DNA of 64,000 nucleotides. It comes from Camelus ferus. Its lineage: Eukaryota. The stretch's first letter is position 1. Each line of letters starts with the position of its first letter. The stretch lies in the NCBI RefSeq assembly GCF_009834535.1, contig NC_045696.1, positions 42,968,001 through 43,032,000 on the forward strand. Reading direction: 5' to 3'. The notes beneath the pieces were generated by a model. The model did no database searches. It was not told the DNA's origin and saw only the letters and a list, made by a program, of their open reading frames with translations. Position numbers and translations under genes: made by a program. Below, in pieces: positions 24,954-38,834 of this stretch.

Positions 24954-26811
24954 TTGATGGTGAAAGAATGAGCAATTAAATTTTGAATGTTTTACTGGAA
25001 ACTTCGACTGACAATACATTTAAGTGTATGAAATAAACATGAGAAATGCAGAGTTTAACATCTTTTTCCAAATCGTATCTTCATCATGATTTGTCTTTTT
25101 ACTACTGAATACTTTGACAAATCATCCAAACTTTGAAGTAATTTTCTGAGGTCCTCTCCTCCACAGAACTAAAAGATTTGGCCTTTAGCATGGTAGGATA
25201 ACTTTAGTATGGTAAGAACATTAGTTCCTCTCCTTCATATCCCTTGAGTAAGTCATGTCTTACATGTTTATTCATTCAATGAAATGGATCTAGAGAGTGA
25301 CTAACATTACAAATATTACCTTCATATTTAGTCTACAGAACCTTTATAGCAGATTGTGCAGGCATGTTTCATTTTATTTTGACTAGCATTACTCAGGGTT
25401 TTCCATGTATTTAACCCTATTAAATACTCTGTTTTAAGGCAATTGACCATAATAAAAGGTAGTTTATGGAAAATATTTAAGGACTGCATTTTGTGGAACC
25501 AAGCCTTACCCTAGTAGTTCAAAAAAGTAAGCAACTGATTAGGTTACAGTATTTGAATAAAGCCTAGTTCAAGTTGGAGGACTTAAGTTGGTCTTTACAT
25601 TATGAACAAGGCTTGGATCAAAGAAACATGGTATGTCTCACGCATAAAACTGATTTAATCATTGATGCCTTGTTATTAACTATCTACCATGCTAAAGGCC
25701 AGATAATACTAGTGCTTTACTTGAGACAATCTTCCTGAATGTTTGGACTCATGATACTTGAAGAAAAAAATTTGAAACAAATATTTTACTTATTAATTTT
25801 TAAAATTTAAACTTAGTAGGCAGCCACTGTATAAATGCCTGGAATAGTTCTTCACATACGATTTTGAAAATTAGCTTTTAATGGGAGGGAAAAAACCTGA
25901 AACATGATTTGTTAATCAAAATTTCCCATTAGTATCAGATATATTCACTGGCTTCCCAATAATAGGTAGAAATGCCAATATTTTGATGTAATCAAATTAT
26001 GGTGAATAAGATTAAGAAAAGGTCTGGTGTGAGATGTCTTTCCTACTCCTTAACCACATGAGAATTTGATAAAAGACCTATATAGATCTACCATCTGTTC
26101 CCTGGTATTTATGATTCTTCAGAATCTTGAAATAATCCTGAAATATCCTATGGAACTTAAAAAAATATTGTTTTCTTTTAATTACCTTACCTTGCTACAC
26201 ATAGCTTTCTGTAATCAGTTTGTTCTTCAGCAAGACAATCCACTTTTGCATAGAGACATCTTTCTGAATAAATCTGTCCCAGTTTTCCTTATGAAGCTAA
26301 TTTCCAACTGATTTGATGCATTTAATTAAGCACACTTAAATAACTTAATGCAGCCTTGCAAAACATTTTCAAATATAAATAGATTTCAAAATCCTATTAA
26401 ACTCATAGGATTTGCAGAGTCCTAAACTGAATTACTCAGATATTTTTCTCTGTATGTCCGTCTGTGTATCTGTGTTAACGTGCATGCACACATCTAGTCT
26501 TCTTTTTCTGTTCTGGGGCTTACCTTTGAAAAGACTTTTGGTGGACTACACCCATACTAGTTAACACTCTATGTGGGACAGCACCAATTTGTCAAGTTAT
26601 TTTGATCCCATGTGTTCAACCAAATGCTGTTGATGTTGGACATTTAGCAGAACAGCCAGGTTCTCAAGGGCTATTTCTTCCAGAATTTTTCTCTTCCTAA
26701 TCTCAGAAGGATGTATTTCACAACCATGTTACTTGCTAAGACGTAAAAACATCGCGTATTATAACACCACACACTTAGTGCCTATGCCACAGTTAACACA
26801 TGTATCCTCTA

Positions 26812-27940
26812 TTTTTTGTGTGTTTATTGTGATTTTTTATACAAATTTTAAAGGTTATACTCCAATTACAGGTATTAAAGAATATTGGCTATATTCCCTG
26901 TGTTGTATAATTCATCCTTGTAGCCTGTCTTATACCCAACAGTTTGTACCTCTTAATCCCCCATCTCTATATTACACCTCCCCTCATCTGTCTCTCCCCG
27001 GTAAACACTAGCTTGTTCTCCATATCTGCAAGTCTGCTTCTTTTTTGTTATATTCACTTGTTTGTCATACTTTTTAGATTTCACATGTAAGTGATACCAT
27101 GCAGTATTTGTCTTTCTCTGTCTGACTTATTTTACTTACCATAATGCCTTCCAAGTCCATCCATGTTGCTGCAAATAGCAAAATGTCATTCTTTTTTATG
27201 CTGAGTAGCATTCCATTGTGTGTGTGTGTATGTATCACAACTTCTTTATCCATTCATTGGTTGATGGACACGTTGGTTACTTCCTTATCTTAGCAATTGT
27301 AAATAACGCTGCTATGAACATTGGAGTGCATGTATCTTTTTGAATTAGTGTTTTTTGTTTCTTTGCAGTATACACCCAGGAGTAGAAGTTCTGGGTCATA
27401 TTGTATATCTCTTTTTAGTTTTTAAAGAAACCTCCATACTGTTTCTACGGTGTTTGCACCAATTTTCATTCGCACCAACAGTGTATGAGGTGTCCCTTTT
27501 CTCTACATCCTTGCAAGCATTTGTTATTTGTGTTCTTTTTGATGATAGCCATTCTGACAGATGTGAGGTGATACCTCCTTGTGGTTTTGACTTGCATTTC
27601 CCTGAAGATTAGTGATGTTGAGCATCTTTTCATGCGCTTGTTGGCCGTCTGTATATGTCTTCTTTCGAAAAATGTCTATTCAATTTTGCCCATTTTTTAA
27701 CAAGGTTGGCTTTTTTTTGATGTTGAGTTATATGACCTGTTTGTATGTGTTGGATAAATAGTCCCTTATTTAGTCACAGCAGTTGCAAATATTTTCTTTC
27801 ATTCCATAGGCTGTCTCCTGCTTATGCTCTGTTTATGGTTTCCTTTGCTGTGCAAACATTTTTAAATTTATGTAGGTCCTATTTGTTTATTTTTGCTTTT
27901 ATTTCCCTTGAGAGATGAATCCAAAAAAATACTACTGCTA
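26812..27940 (-). mobile_element. 5'-truncated LINE-1 (3' UTR plus ORF2 end)
   Basis: Clear similarity to 11754-12895 and 13900-14700. Confidence 0.92.
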
Positions 27941-30900
27941 CTATTTTTTTTTTACCTGTTCTCATGTCACTACAAAACTTTCAGGAGAGGGATCATGGTC
28001 TCCTTTGCTCTCCATGGTCCCCAACAAATAGTGTTTTCTTTTCCTCAAAACAACTCCATGTTTCCTTCATTATATTCAGGTTAATTTTGTAACAACCTGT
28101 TCAAGTCTTTTCATGATCAATTCCTATTTACCTATTTGGCTTCATGCCTTGCCTTTCAATTCCACAGCAATTTGGTTGACATTGCTTTCAGTTTCACAGA
28201 TTCGTCATTCCCTCCCTTTCCCATGTGGCATTTGCTCAGCCTGTTCCTTCTAACCGAGACATTCTTCATCAGTTGGATTCTCACCTTTCATTAGGGCTGC
28301 TTTTTTTCATGATACCTGTGCCCATTTTCTAAAAGACCTATATGTCACCTTCTCTTTAATTGTGAATTAAATTGAAATTAATTTGGTTTAGAGAACTTTC
28401 TGACAATTCTTGAGGTAATTGGCAACAAATGAGATATTTTAAACCCAGAATTGTATATACTGGATAAAAAGAAGGCTAAATTTACAGATGTAATCTTCTG
28501 TTTTACATGAAGAAGTAAATCTTGTGTATAGACAGGAAATTATTCCCAAATATACCTTTTATTAAATTTTAATACTAGAATGGAAGAATTTATACTTAGA
28601 CTTAGCTAACTTTTGTTTTTAGCACCACAGTGTCTGTGTTTTAGTTTACAGTGTCTGACTTTGGACAGTTTGTATTTTAATTTTTGTAAAGCAATTGCTT
28701 ATTAGCAATTGTATGCACTTAACCAAAAACTCAGCACAATCCTAGGCACATAGTAATTATTCAATAAATATTAGAGAACAATTATTTCTTACCATAGTTT
28801 GCCCATATTAAACATATGTACCACTCTGGTTCACTGTGTACATGTCCTTTTTATCAACTCTACTGTAAGGTATTTAATAAACCAAAGTCTTGGTTTATTA
28901 AGCTTTGTCATTTGTCTTTCTCCGTCCGTGGCTCCTAATTGCCAGCCAGCCTTTACCCAGAGTAAATGCACATTTAATATTACTTGCACGAATACAAAAT
29001 GAATGTTAACCTGGCCATGTTGATAAAAGTAAATTTAATCTTTCACCAGAACTTTAAATTTTTACAAGGCCCACATGTTTTATAGAAACATTAGCAAGTA
29101 TACATTTTGCTGTTCATTTTCTTTCCTGTGGTTAGGGCTGATATTTATAGAATGAAATCATAACAGTTCACATAAGGTTGAAGTTACATCTTACATGTGA
29201 ATTAACTCAAAGGTATTATTTTAAGCTCAAATCCAGAGAACAAAAACATCTATTGTTATGTAGGGAAGGCTAAGCCATCAAAAATTTTTTGTATAATTAC
29301 AAAAATGTTTGCTGTATTTTTCCTATGAAGATCTCCTTTTTTAAGTGCACAAGACCTCAGCATGGTGCATTTATACAACATGAACATGGGAAAATGTTCA
29401 AAAGAGCCCATTATGTAATAGTCACCAGAAGACTGAAGAGCCACAGGAAGTCAGGGAAACGGGACTAGTTAGTCAACTTGTGTAAGTCAGGAATTTATCA
29501 CTTGTCAAAAAGAAGAAACTAATCAGTCCAAAATGCATTTATAAAAACAGTATGCTGTCATATTTTGGTAACTTAACATTTCAAGAACTGTCTGTGAATA
29601 ATACAAGTAATTGATGTTTTCTCAAAAGTGCTATATAGTTTTTTCTTACAATCAAGTGTGGTACTCAGTTGTATGTGCAGTTGCATTGTACCCATTCTTC
29701 TTTAAATATCTACTTAAAAACTATTTGTATGTTTTTCTCTTAGTGCTCAGAATCATTTATAAAGTTCATTTATGACTTTAGACTTTGTGTGGAGCTATCA
29801 AAGTGTCTTTAGTGAATTCAACATATTTCAATACAATAAAAATCCCAAAATGGAGCCACCAATTATTGCAACTATCACATGCTGCTTGTAATGGTATATT
29901 GTACATGCTTTTCCTACAGCCATGACTCATGAGTTAAGTATATATGTGCTCTTTTAAAGAATTAAAATAGATATTTAATTTTAGTGTTAGATAGAAACTC
30001 TGCACTCTCATGGGCAGTTACACAATTTCTAGCTGTTTTTTTTTTTAAATTTTATTGTTATACACCAAGGCTTTGTTTCTTGTTCTATTGCAGGAAGTCA
30101 TCCTCTCATTACATTTTAAAAAGCATCTTACTAATATAATCAGTAATAATTATGAACTTGGATTATTGATCTCTTAAAGCATTTATAAAAATTATATACT
30201 AGGGAATTCAAAGTATAATTGGGTATATTTAATCACATAAAATTATAGTTCTTTTAATTCCTTTCAAATGGAACATTAATGACTATTGGACGTGAGTAAG
30301 TAAACAGAGACTAGAGGTGTGAAGGTGGCAGGGCAATGGTATTACAAAAGGAGGAGAGACAAAGGAAAGCTGAACAGTTTGCATTTAGTTGGGCCACCCC
30401 TCTGGACAAACTTCACTTCAAAACTCAATGGATGATTGGATGAGTAAGAAGCTAGACTTTCTTCTGAAACACAAGTAACCTAACAATTGTATTATTTTAT
30501 AAGAGAGGAAGTTTCAACAGCAGAAGCTCAAACACACATTGACAGACTCCCTTTCTCTTTTGAATTTTGAATTTAGTATGTGAACATTATTTTTCTTGTA
30601 GCAGAAGGATTTAAGCATGACACCAGTTCCCTGATTTCCCTGACTCTGTCAAATGGAATAAATGGATAAGCTGAGAGTGGGAACACTTGATAAATTGATA
30701 ACACATAGGGAAGAAGAAGGCACTGATATCCCCAGACTGAATTTGCATTTTGGTTACTTTCATTAACATGAGTGTCTTAGGCTTTTGAAACTGCATTTAT
30801 ACTACATAAATTATTACTGGATTTATACTACATAAACTGTGCTATACAATATAATCTAAATTTTTTCTTAGTTTTAATCTAAAGTTTAATCTTCGTTTTT

Positions 30901-31787
30901 CTGCCTCCTTTACATAAAGAGGGAAACTTAAATATCATATGCAGAGAAAGATAAAACCTGACTAGACCATGAATCTCTTAGGGACTGGCTTTTTTCTGTT
31001 GGAAACAGTCTGCTTTTTTTTATTTACTTATTACCATTTTTAATGAGTTTGGTGGAGCTGTCAGAGTTGACAAAAATATACATATAGATGTGAAAAGCCA
31101 AAGAGTCAGAAAATTGTTTTAAATTAATTCCTTGCTAATATATAAAAAAACAATATGAAGTTAGAAATACCTTATTCACAGCCCTGGTAAGTCAGATGAC
31201 ACTCTCTGTGATTTCTTAGTGAAAATATTTGTCTGATTCATATACTCAAGTAATGAGAAATGTGGGTTTACTAGTGACTTTCTGATGCTGAAGTCATAGC
31301 CTCTTGAATATCCTTTATTGTCTTAGAAAGCCAGTTGGAAGACAACGTGTGAAGGATGATGTGCAAATCAAATTTAAATTAAAGTGTGCATGTTGTTCAA
31401 ATATTCCAGTAGGAGGCTGAATGTCAAAGTTAAACCAGAAAAAAAGTACGAGATTGAATCCTTAGATAATTGTCCATGGTTTTCCTTGTGTGTCTGTATA
31501 TGCTTTGCCCATCTTTTCTTTCTGCATTCCAGTAAACATTCTCTTAGGCTATTCAAGGCTTATCATTAAGAGCATTCTTTGGCCTTACGGACTTCTAAAA
31601 TTGCCCTAGTTCAAAATGTGATAACTGAGTTACAGGAAGAGTCAATCTTTTTGTGTGCCCGTGGGAATGAAATAGAGGAAAATGTTCTTCTCCATCCTTG
31701 TCAATAACCATGACCAGACCTTTTATGTTCTCAGCTACCTTGTTCAATACTACTCTTCAAATCATTAGTTAATCTGATCATGGGTTG

Positions 31788-34700
31788 TTTTTTTTTTTTA
31801 TTTGAAGTAAGTTGATTTACAATGTTGTATTAGTTTCTAGGTATACAGCATGGTGATTCAGTTACACATATATATCTTATTCATATTATTTTTCATTATA
31901 GGTTATTACAAGATACTGAATATAGTTCCCTGTGCTTTACAGTAGGACCCTATTGCTTATCTATTTTATACATAATAGTGTGTATCTGCTAATAGCAAAC
32001 ACCCAACTTGTCCCTCCCCCCTTCCCCTTTGGTAGCCATAAATTTGTTTTCTGTTTGTGAGTCTGTTCCATTTTGTAAATAAGTTCATCAATTACTGTTT
32101 GTGAACTTGTAATGATGGCCATTCTGACTCCTGTGAGGTGACACCTCACTGTAGTTTTCATAGGCATTTCTCTGATAATTAGTGATTTGGGGCATTTTTT
32201 CATGTGCCTATTGACCATCTGTATGTCTTCTTTGGAGAATTGTCTATTTGGGTCTTCTGCCCATTTTTGATTAGGTTGTTTTCTTCTGTTATTGTTATTG
32301 AGTTGTATGAACTGTTTATATTGATTGGTCACATCATTTGCAAATATTTTCTCCTAGTCCATAGGCTGTCCCTTTGTTATGTTTATGGTTTCCTTTGCTT
32401 TGCAAAAAAAAATTTAATTAGGTCCCATTTGTTTATTTTTGCTTTTATTTCTATTGCTTTGGAAAACTGACTTAGGAAAACATTGCTACAATTTATGTCA
32501 CATAATATTTTGCTTAATTTTGCTTATGTTCTCTTCTAGGAGTTTTATGGAGTCCTGTCTTATATTTAAGTCTCTAAGCCATTTTGAGTTTATTTTAATA
32601 AAACTAGATCTAGGTTTTACTAATTTTTTTTATTGCTTTTTAATCTCTAGTTTATTTTCTCTTTGATTTTTAGAATTCTTTTTCTAAATCTTTTGGGTGG
32701 TAGGTTAGGTTGTTTATTTGAGATATTTCTTGTTTTCTGAGAAAGGCCTGTGTTGCTATGAAATTCCCCCCAGGACTGCTTATGCTGCATCTCATGTTAG
32801 CTGTGAGGGAGTGTTTCATTTATGTATATGTGGCTGTGAAGCTTCCCCAACACCACTTGCCAAAGAGGCTGTCTTTTCTCCATTGTATGTTCTTGCTTCC
32901 TTTGTCAAAGATTAATTGACCAAAAGTCTGAGGATTTATTTCTGGGCTCTCTATTCTGATCCATTGATCTATATGTCTGTTTCTGTGCCAATACCATGCT
33001 GTTTTGATTACTGTAGTTCTGTAGTATTGTCTGAAGTCTGGAAGGGTTATGCCTCCAGCCTCATTCTTTCTCTTCAGTATTGCTTTGGCAATATTGGGTC
33101 TTTTGTGATTCCATATAAATTTTAGGATTATCTGTTCTAGTTCTGGGGAAAATGTCATTGGTCATTTGATAGAGATCACATTAAATCTATAGATTTCTTT
33201 TTGGTATTATGGCCAGTTCAACAATCCAAGAGCATGGAATATTTTTCCATTTCCTTAATTTATTACCTATTTCCTTTATCAATGTTTTATAGTTCTCAGT
33301 GTTTAAGTCTTTCACTTCCTTGGTCAGGTTTATTCCTAAGAAAATTTTTGATGTGAATTAAAAAGATTTTTTAAAATTTTATTTTCTGATATTTCATTGT
33401 TCATGTAAAGAAATGCTACTGATTTCTGTATGTTAATCTTATATCCTGCTACCTGGCCAAATTGTTTTATCAGCTCTAGTTTTTGTATAGAGCCTTTAGG
33501 GTTTTCTATATGTAGTATCATGTCATCTGCAAATGACATTTCTACCTCTTCTCTTCTGATTTGGATTCCCTTTATTTCTTTTTCTTGTCTGATTGCTATA
33601 GCTAGGACTTCCAATAATGTGTTGAATAGAAGTGGTGAGAATGAACATCCTTGTCTTGTTCCAGATTTTAGTGGGAAAGCTTTCAGCTTTTCACCATTGA
33701 GTATTATGCTGGCTGTGGGTTTGTCATACACAGGTTTTATTATGTTGATATGTGTTCCCTCTGTAACCACTTTAGTGAGAGTTTTTATCATGAATGGATG
33801 TTAATTTTATCAAATGCTTTTTCTGCACATATTGAGATAACTATATGGTTTTTGTCCTTTCTTGTGTTGATGTGATTTATCACATAGATTGATCTTGCTT
33901 ATGTTAAACCATCCTTTTGACCATGGAATGAATCCAACTTCATCATAGTGTATGATCTTTTTTATGTAAAAAGAATATATATTCTGTTTTTTTTTTTTTT
34001 TTGGTTGTAACATCCTGAAAATATCAATTAAGTTAACTGTTCTTTTATGCCGTTTAGGATCTCTGTTGCCTTATTGATTTGCTGTCTGATAGATTAGTCC
34101 ATTGATGTTAGTAGAGTTTTCTGAAAAGGTATTCCTATTAATTTTTCCCTTTATGTCTGTTAATGTTTGTTTTATATATTTTGGTTCTCCTATATTGGGT
34201 ACATATATATTAGTGAGTATAATATCTTCTTCTTTTACTGCTCCTTTAATCATTGTACAGTATTCTTCTTTATCTGTCTTTATGGCCTTTGTTTTAAGGT
34301 CTAGTTTGTCTGATATGCATATTGCTAGTCTAGCTTTATTGTCATTTCCATTTTCATGAAATATCTTTTTCCATCCCCTCACTTTCAGTGTGTGTGTCCT
34401 TTGCCCTAAAGGGGATCTCTTGTAGGCAGCATTATGTAGGCTCTTGTCTTACTATCCAGTCTGCCACTCTTTGTCTTTTGATTGGCACATTTAATCCATT
34501 GATATTTAAGGTAATTATTGATGGATATATATTTATTCCAATTTTATAATTAATTTTCCAGTTGATTTTGTATTTTGTTTCTTTTTCTTTTAGTTTTTTG
34601 TAAATCTGTTGTATGTTCATGATTTGTGTTTATCCTATTTTTTAAGTATGTTAACTCATCACTACTTGCTTTAGACTGGTCATATAGACTCAAATACATT

Positions 34701-37204
34701 ATAAAAAGGAAAAAAAAGTCTACATTTTATTACTCCCCTCTCTGACATTTTATATTTTTTATATTTTCTTTACCATTTTCATATTTATTCTTCTGCTGTT
34801 CATTGTAATTATTGCATTTCCAATTGTGATTTTCTCTTTTCTGAAGATTTTTCTTTTCTGTTGAAAGAAGGACTTTCAGTATTTCTTTTAGGATAGGTTT
34901 ATCATTGCTGTGTTCTTTTAGTTATTGCTTATCTGACAAATTCTTTTATCTCTCTTTATATTCTAAAGATAGTCTTGCTGAATAGAGAATCCTAGGTTGC
35001 AGGTTTTTATCTTTCAGGACTTTGACTATATCTTGTCCTTCCCTTCTGGCCTGCAATGTTTCTGTAGAGAAATCAGTTGATAGCCTTATGGGAGTTCCCT
35101 TTTAACTGACTATTTTTCTCTTGCTACCTTTAGAATCCTCTTTAACTTTTCCCATTTTAATCATACATGTCTTGGTGTAGGTCTGTTTGGGTTTATCTTG
35201 TTGGGACTTTCTGTGCTTTCTATACCTGAATATCTGTTTCCTTCCGTGGGTTTGAGAAGTTTTCAGCCATAATTTATTCAAATACCTTTCTGATTGGGTG
35301 ATTTCCATTATCCTGTCTTCTAAATCACTTATTCATCCTTGTGCATTATTTAGTCTGCTATTGACTGCCTTTTGCTCAGCTTTTATCTCTGCAGTTGAGT
35401 TTTCTGATTTTAATTGTCTCCTCTTTATAATTTCTAGTTCCTTGTTACAGTGATCTGCATTTATATAGATAGGGTTTCCTAATTCCTTCCTTCAGGTTTT
35501 TTTTTTTTTTTTTTAACTTATGTTTTAAAGTTAAGATCTGGTAGACTATAGAGGTCTCTTTCATTGTTCTTTCAGGGGATTTCTCTATTCTTTTAACTGG
35601 GGATGGTTCTTCTGCTTCTTCATTTTACTTACAGTTCTCTGACCTTATGAATTAGAAGCAATACTTATCTACTATGGTCTTGAAGGGTTGTTTTTATGTA
35701 ATAGCATCCCTGTGTAGCATGTGTGTGCCTAATATTTTTGGTGCAAGAATTGTTTTTAGTATGTATGGCTGCCATGTCTTTTCCTTCATCTCTGCTATTT
35801 ATTATCTTCTTGATAGGGATTATGATTGGTGTTCTGGTGGCCAGAGCTTCCACTGGATGTTCAGCAGGCCTCTTCTTTGCTCTTTGGTTTTTACAGTCCT
35901 ATCAGAGGCCAGGTCTGCTCCCCAGTTGTTGGAATATAAGCCCACATATCCATTTCTGAGCTGCAGAGTGAGGTAGGTAGGACTGGAGCACTTCTGCTGA
36001 AAAAGGATCCATTGAGTGTTCCTTCATAAGAGGTGTTCACTGGGAAGTGCACTCTGTGGTGTTGCCTGTCACTCGTTGTGCAGCTCACAAAGTACAATTT
36101 TGTTGGTACTGCCCTCAGCCCTTCTTCAGCCATGGGGAAGCAGGCAATCAGCCCAGATGTCCCTCAGGTGCTGTGCTTACCAGCCACCAGTGTAGATCTG
36201 CTTAATTGCAGGCTCCAGAACCACTGTAGTTGTGCATAACTGCATACTCAGATCCATTATGGGAGCTATGGAGCAGGTTGAGGCCCCCAGATCCACTTGA
36301 GTACATGTGCCTGCAAAGGCTGCAGCTGCTAATGCCTGGACCACCCCAGCCGCACACCACTAATCTGCTCTGATGTCCTGCCAGCACTGAGCTTATGAAG
36401 GCACTGTGGTGTAAATCTGCCAAAGCTGCCTGGGACATGGCTCAGATTTCAGCCCCACTTTTGAAATGCGGGGTCCTTGTGGATTGGCTCAGATTTCAGT
36501 CTCACCTCTGCTTGCGGGCAACCCATCAGGGCTTGTGTACTCCCAGAGGTCATAAGGAACCATGCTTGCTGTGAGCACGCAGAGAATGAAGCTATTATGG
36601 TGCAGTCCCGCCTCTCCCTTCAAGCTTGTTAACAATGAGGCTCCTTATGGTGGTCTTGGGCTCTGTGCACATACTCCCATTTCTTGCCCAGTCCACACTC
36701 CAGCCCCTTCAGGCTGTCTCTGTGTAGCCAACCTCAGTCCTCTCCCCAGGTCTACCTGCTGAAGCCCAGTTTCAGCACCCAGCCCCCAACACACACCAGC
36801 AGAAGCTCACCTCAATCTGGGGAATGTAGTGAGGTGGCAGGGACCATCTGTGCTGGTCTGTTTCTGTTCTGCCTGTTGCAGGCCAGCTGCTGCACTCTCT
36901 TCTGATCCTTTGAAGCTGCCTTTCTGTTCTGGTTGATCTCCCAGCTGTTGAAAGTCTTCTAAGTGTGAGGGGCCCTTTCCTCTTTAACAGCTCCCTACCA
37001 GGGATGCAGGTCCCATTTCAGTTTTCTTTTCGTCCTACTCGATTATGTGGTGATCCTTTTTGTGGTTTTGCTTGTATGAGATCTTCTGCCAGAGTTCGGT
37101 AGAAATTTTGTGGGAATTGTTGCACATGTAGATGTATTTTTGATGTATTTGTGGGAGGAAGCGAGCTACACATCCTTCTCTTCTGTTATCTTGATCTCCA
37201 CCCC
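31788..37204 (-). mobile_element. LINE-1 spanning 5' UTR to poly(A), with internal deletions and a displaced segment
   Basis: ORF2 remnants at 32820-33158, RT 33336-33791 ([14 protein letters not shown]...FADDM), endonuclease 34071-34382 and 34432-34620 (TLNINGLN); ORF1 remnant 35102-35308. 5' end ggggtggagatcaagataacagaag. Possible degenerate TSD ctgatcatgggt (31774) / ctgatgatgagt (37204). Confidence 0.95.
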
Positions 37205-37607
37205 TGATGATGAGTATCTTAAGACAAATATGAAATGACTAGCTGGGCAAACAGAGGACACAAAGACAAAGTCGTTACTTTGACTTATAAGACTCTCCAC
37301 GGATTGGTCCTCCATTATTATTCTAACTCTGCTCCTAGTAGTTTTTCTTGCTTCTTCTGCTTGAGCTGCACTGGTCACTGTGTTTACTTCTGAAAAAGCC
37401 AGGAATGGTTCCAGCTGTTTAAATGTTAATCGTTCAGCCTTGGGTGATGTTCCTTTAGAGATCTTCATGGCTCACACTCTCACTATATCTATGCAAAATC
37501 ATCACATCATCATGGAGTCCTTTGCCCATCCTATATAAAATCACAATACCTTCACCCCGAAATAGAATAGATTTCTCTCTGCCCTATATTTTTTCCTTAG
37601 CCCTTAA

Positions 37608-37899
37608 TACTGTATATTGAAAAAAAATCACACATTGAAAAAATCATGTGATTATTAGCTATTTTATGAAGACTTGGTTTAAATTTGTGTCCTTTACTAT
37701 TAGTTTTATTACCATTATTGTTTTTTAATTACCCTGTTAACGCAAAGGCATTCTGTTATAAGCTGTAACATTATATTCTGTGTAATATTCTGAAAAAAAT
37801 GCTGCCAATTAAACAGTTTTTTGGTGAAAGATACATTATGATTTCAGAGATACTAAAATGTGCATTAAATTATAAATTTAGAATCACTGAAATGGAGTA
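37608..37899. mobile_element. TcMar-Tc2 (Kanga/MER104-like) DNA transposon remnant within an L2 fragment (~37430-38060)
   Basis: The right end reverse-complements to ccatttcagtgattctaa...cacattttagtatctctgaaatc, resembling Tc2 termini. TA lies at both ends. Confidence 0.5.
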
Positions 37900-38230
37900 G
37901 TTATGTTTCGCTGTTTCCCTCACTAGAATGAAGGTTTCATGAAGGCACAGGCTTTTTTTAATGTTATCTTCACTGCTATCAACATTTATAGTGCCTATTT
38001 TTCCTTTTATATAATAGTAGGTACTTGATAAATATTTTTGATGATAAATTCTGAATAGATTTTAGTAGTCTGTTTATTTATTCTGTTGCATTCATGACTT
38101 ACAATTGTCATATACTTCTTTCTTTTATCGTCTCTTTTCCAATGCCGCACCACGTAAAAACATAAGAAATTTTAAAAAGTAGATATTTATTAAATTGTAT
38201 CAAACTGAGATCTTACTTTATGAAGCTGGG

Positions 38231-38233
<3 letters not shown>

Positions 38234-38264
<31 letters not shown>

Positions 38265-38287
38265 TTATTTATTTATTTATTTATTTT
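38234..38287. repeat. Compound (TG)n(TATT)n microsatellite
   Basis: Directly visible. Confidence 0.95.
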
Positions 38288-38596
38288 GGTAATTTTAGAA
38301 AGCACCATTCTTTGTGAGTTGTTAGAGTTATATTTTAAGTGGCAAAATGGAGTAGTTTGAAAGTAGAAATATGATTGGTGGTTTTGGCCTATTTTAGTGC
38401 CTCATGATGCTCAGGACACAAGATTCTTCTAACTTACTACCCTACTATTCATGACCTCCAGTCCAAAGTTCAGCACATAGTTCAATTTATATTTTAAGAG
38501 GACCCTACTGGTTCTGTCTCTCCGTTCTCTAGCCAATAGGAGGTAGAACTGCCAAGCAGAAGGATATAGCTCCCCTACCATATAAAGACACTTCCT

Positions 38597-38834
38597 AGGG
38601 GGTGGGAAGGGATAAAATGGGAGCTCGAGATGTGCAGATACTAACTGCTGTATATAAAATAGATAAACAAGAAGTTTATACTGTATAGCACAAACAGCTA
38701 TATTCAGTATCTCGTAGTAACCTATAATGAAAATTGATATGAAAAGGAATGTATGTATGTATATGTATGAAACGTTATGCTGTACACCAGAAATTGGCAC
38801 CACATTATTTACTGACTGTACTTCAATAAAAAGG
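38597..38834 (+). mobile_element. Short lineage-specific LINE-1 3' end with TSD
   Basis: Reverse-complement homologue of 46950-47180. AATAAA at 38825-38830. TSD GACACTTCCT at 38587-38596 and 38835-38844. Confidence 0.92.

Noticed and set aside
26191..26570. Two minus-strand AG|gtaag donor-like sites
   Set aside because: Weak acceptors and unrecognisable peptides; expected by chance.
31961..32332. 123-aa ORF
   Set aside because: Artefactual fusion of the L1 ORF2 C-terminus with 3' UTR across an internal deletion.
33336..33791. 151-aa reverse-transcriptase-like ORF as a novel RT system
   Set aside because: It is an ordinary LINE-1 ORF2 RT remnant in a frameshifted, deleted element.
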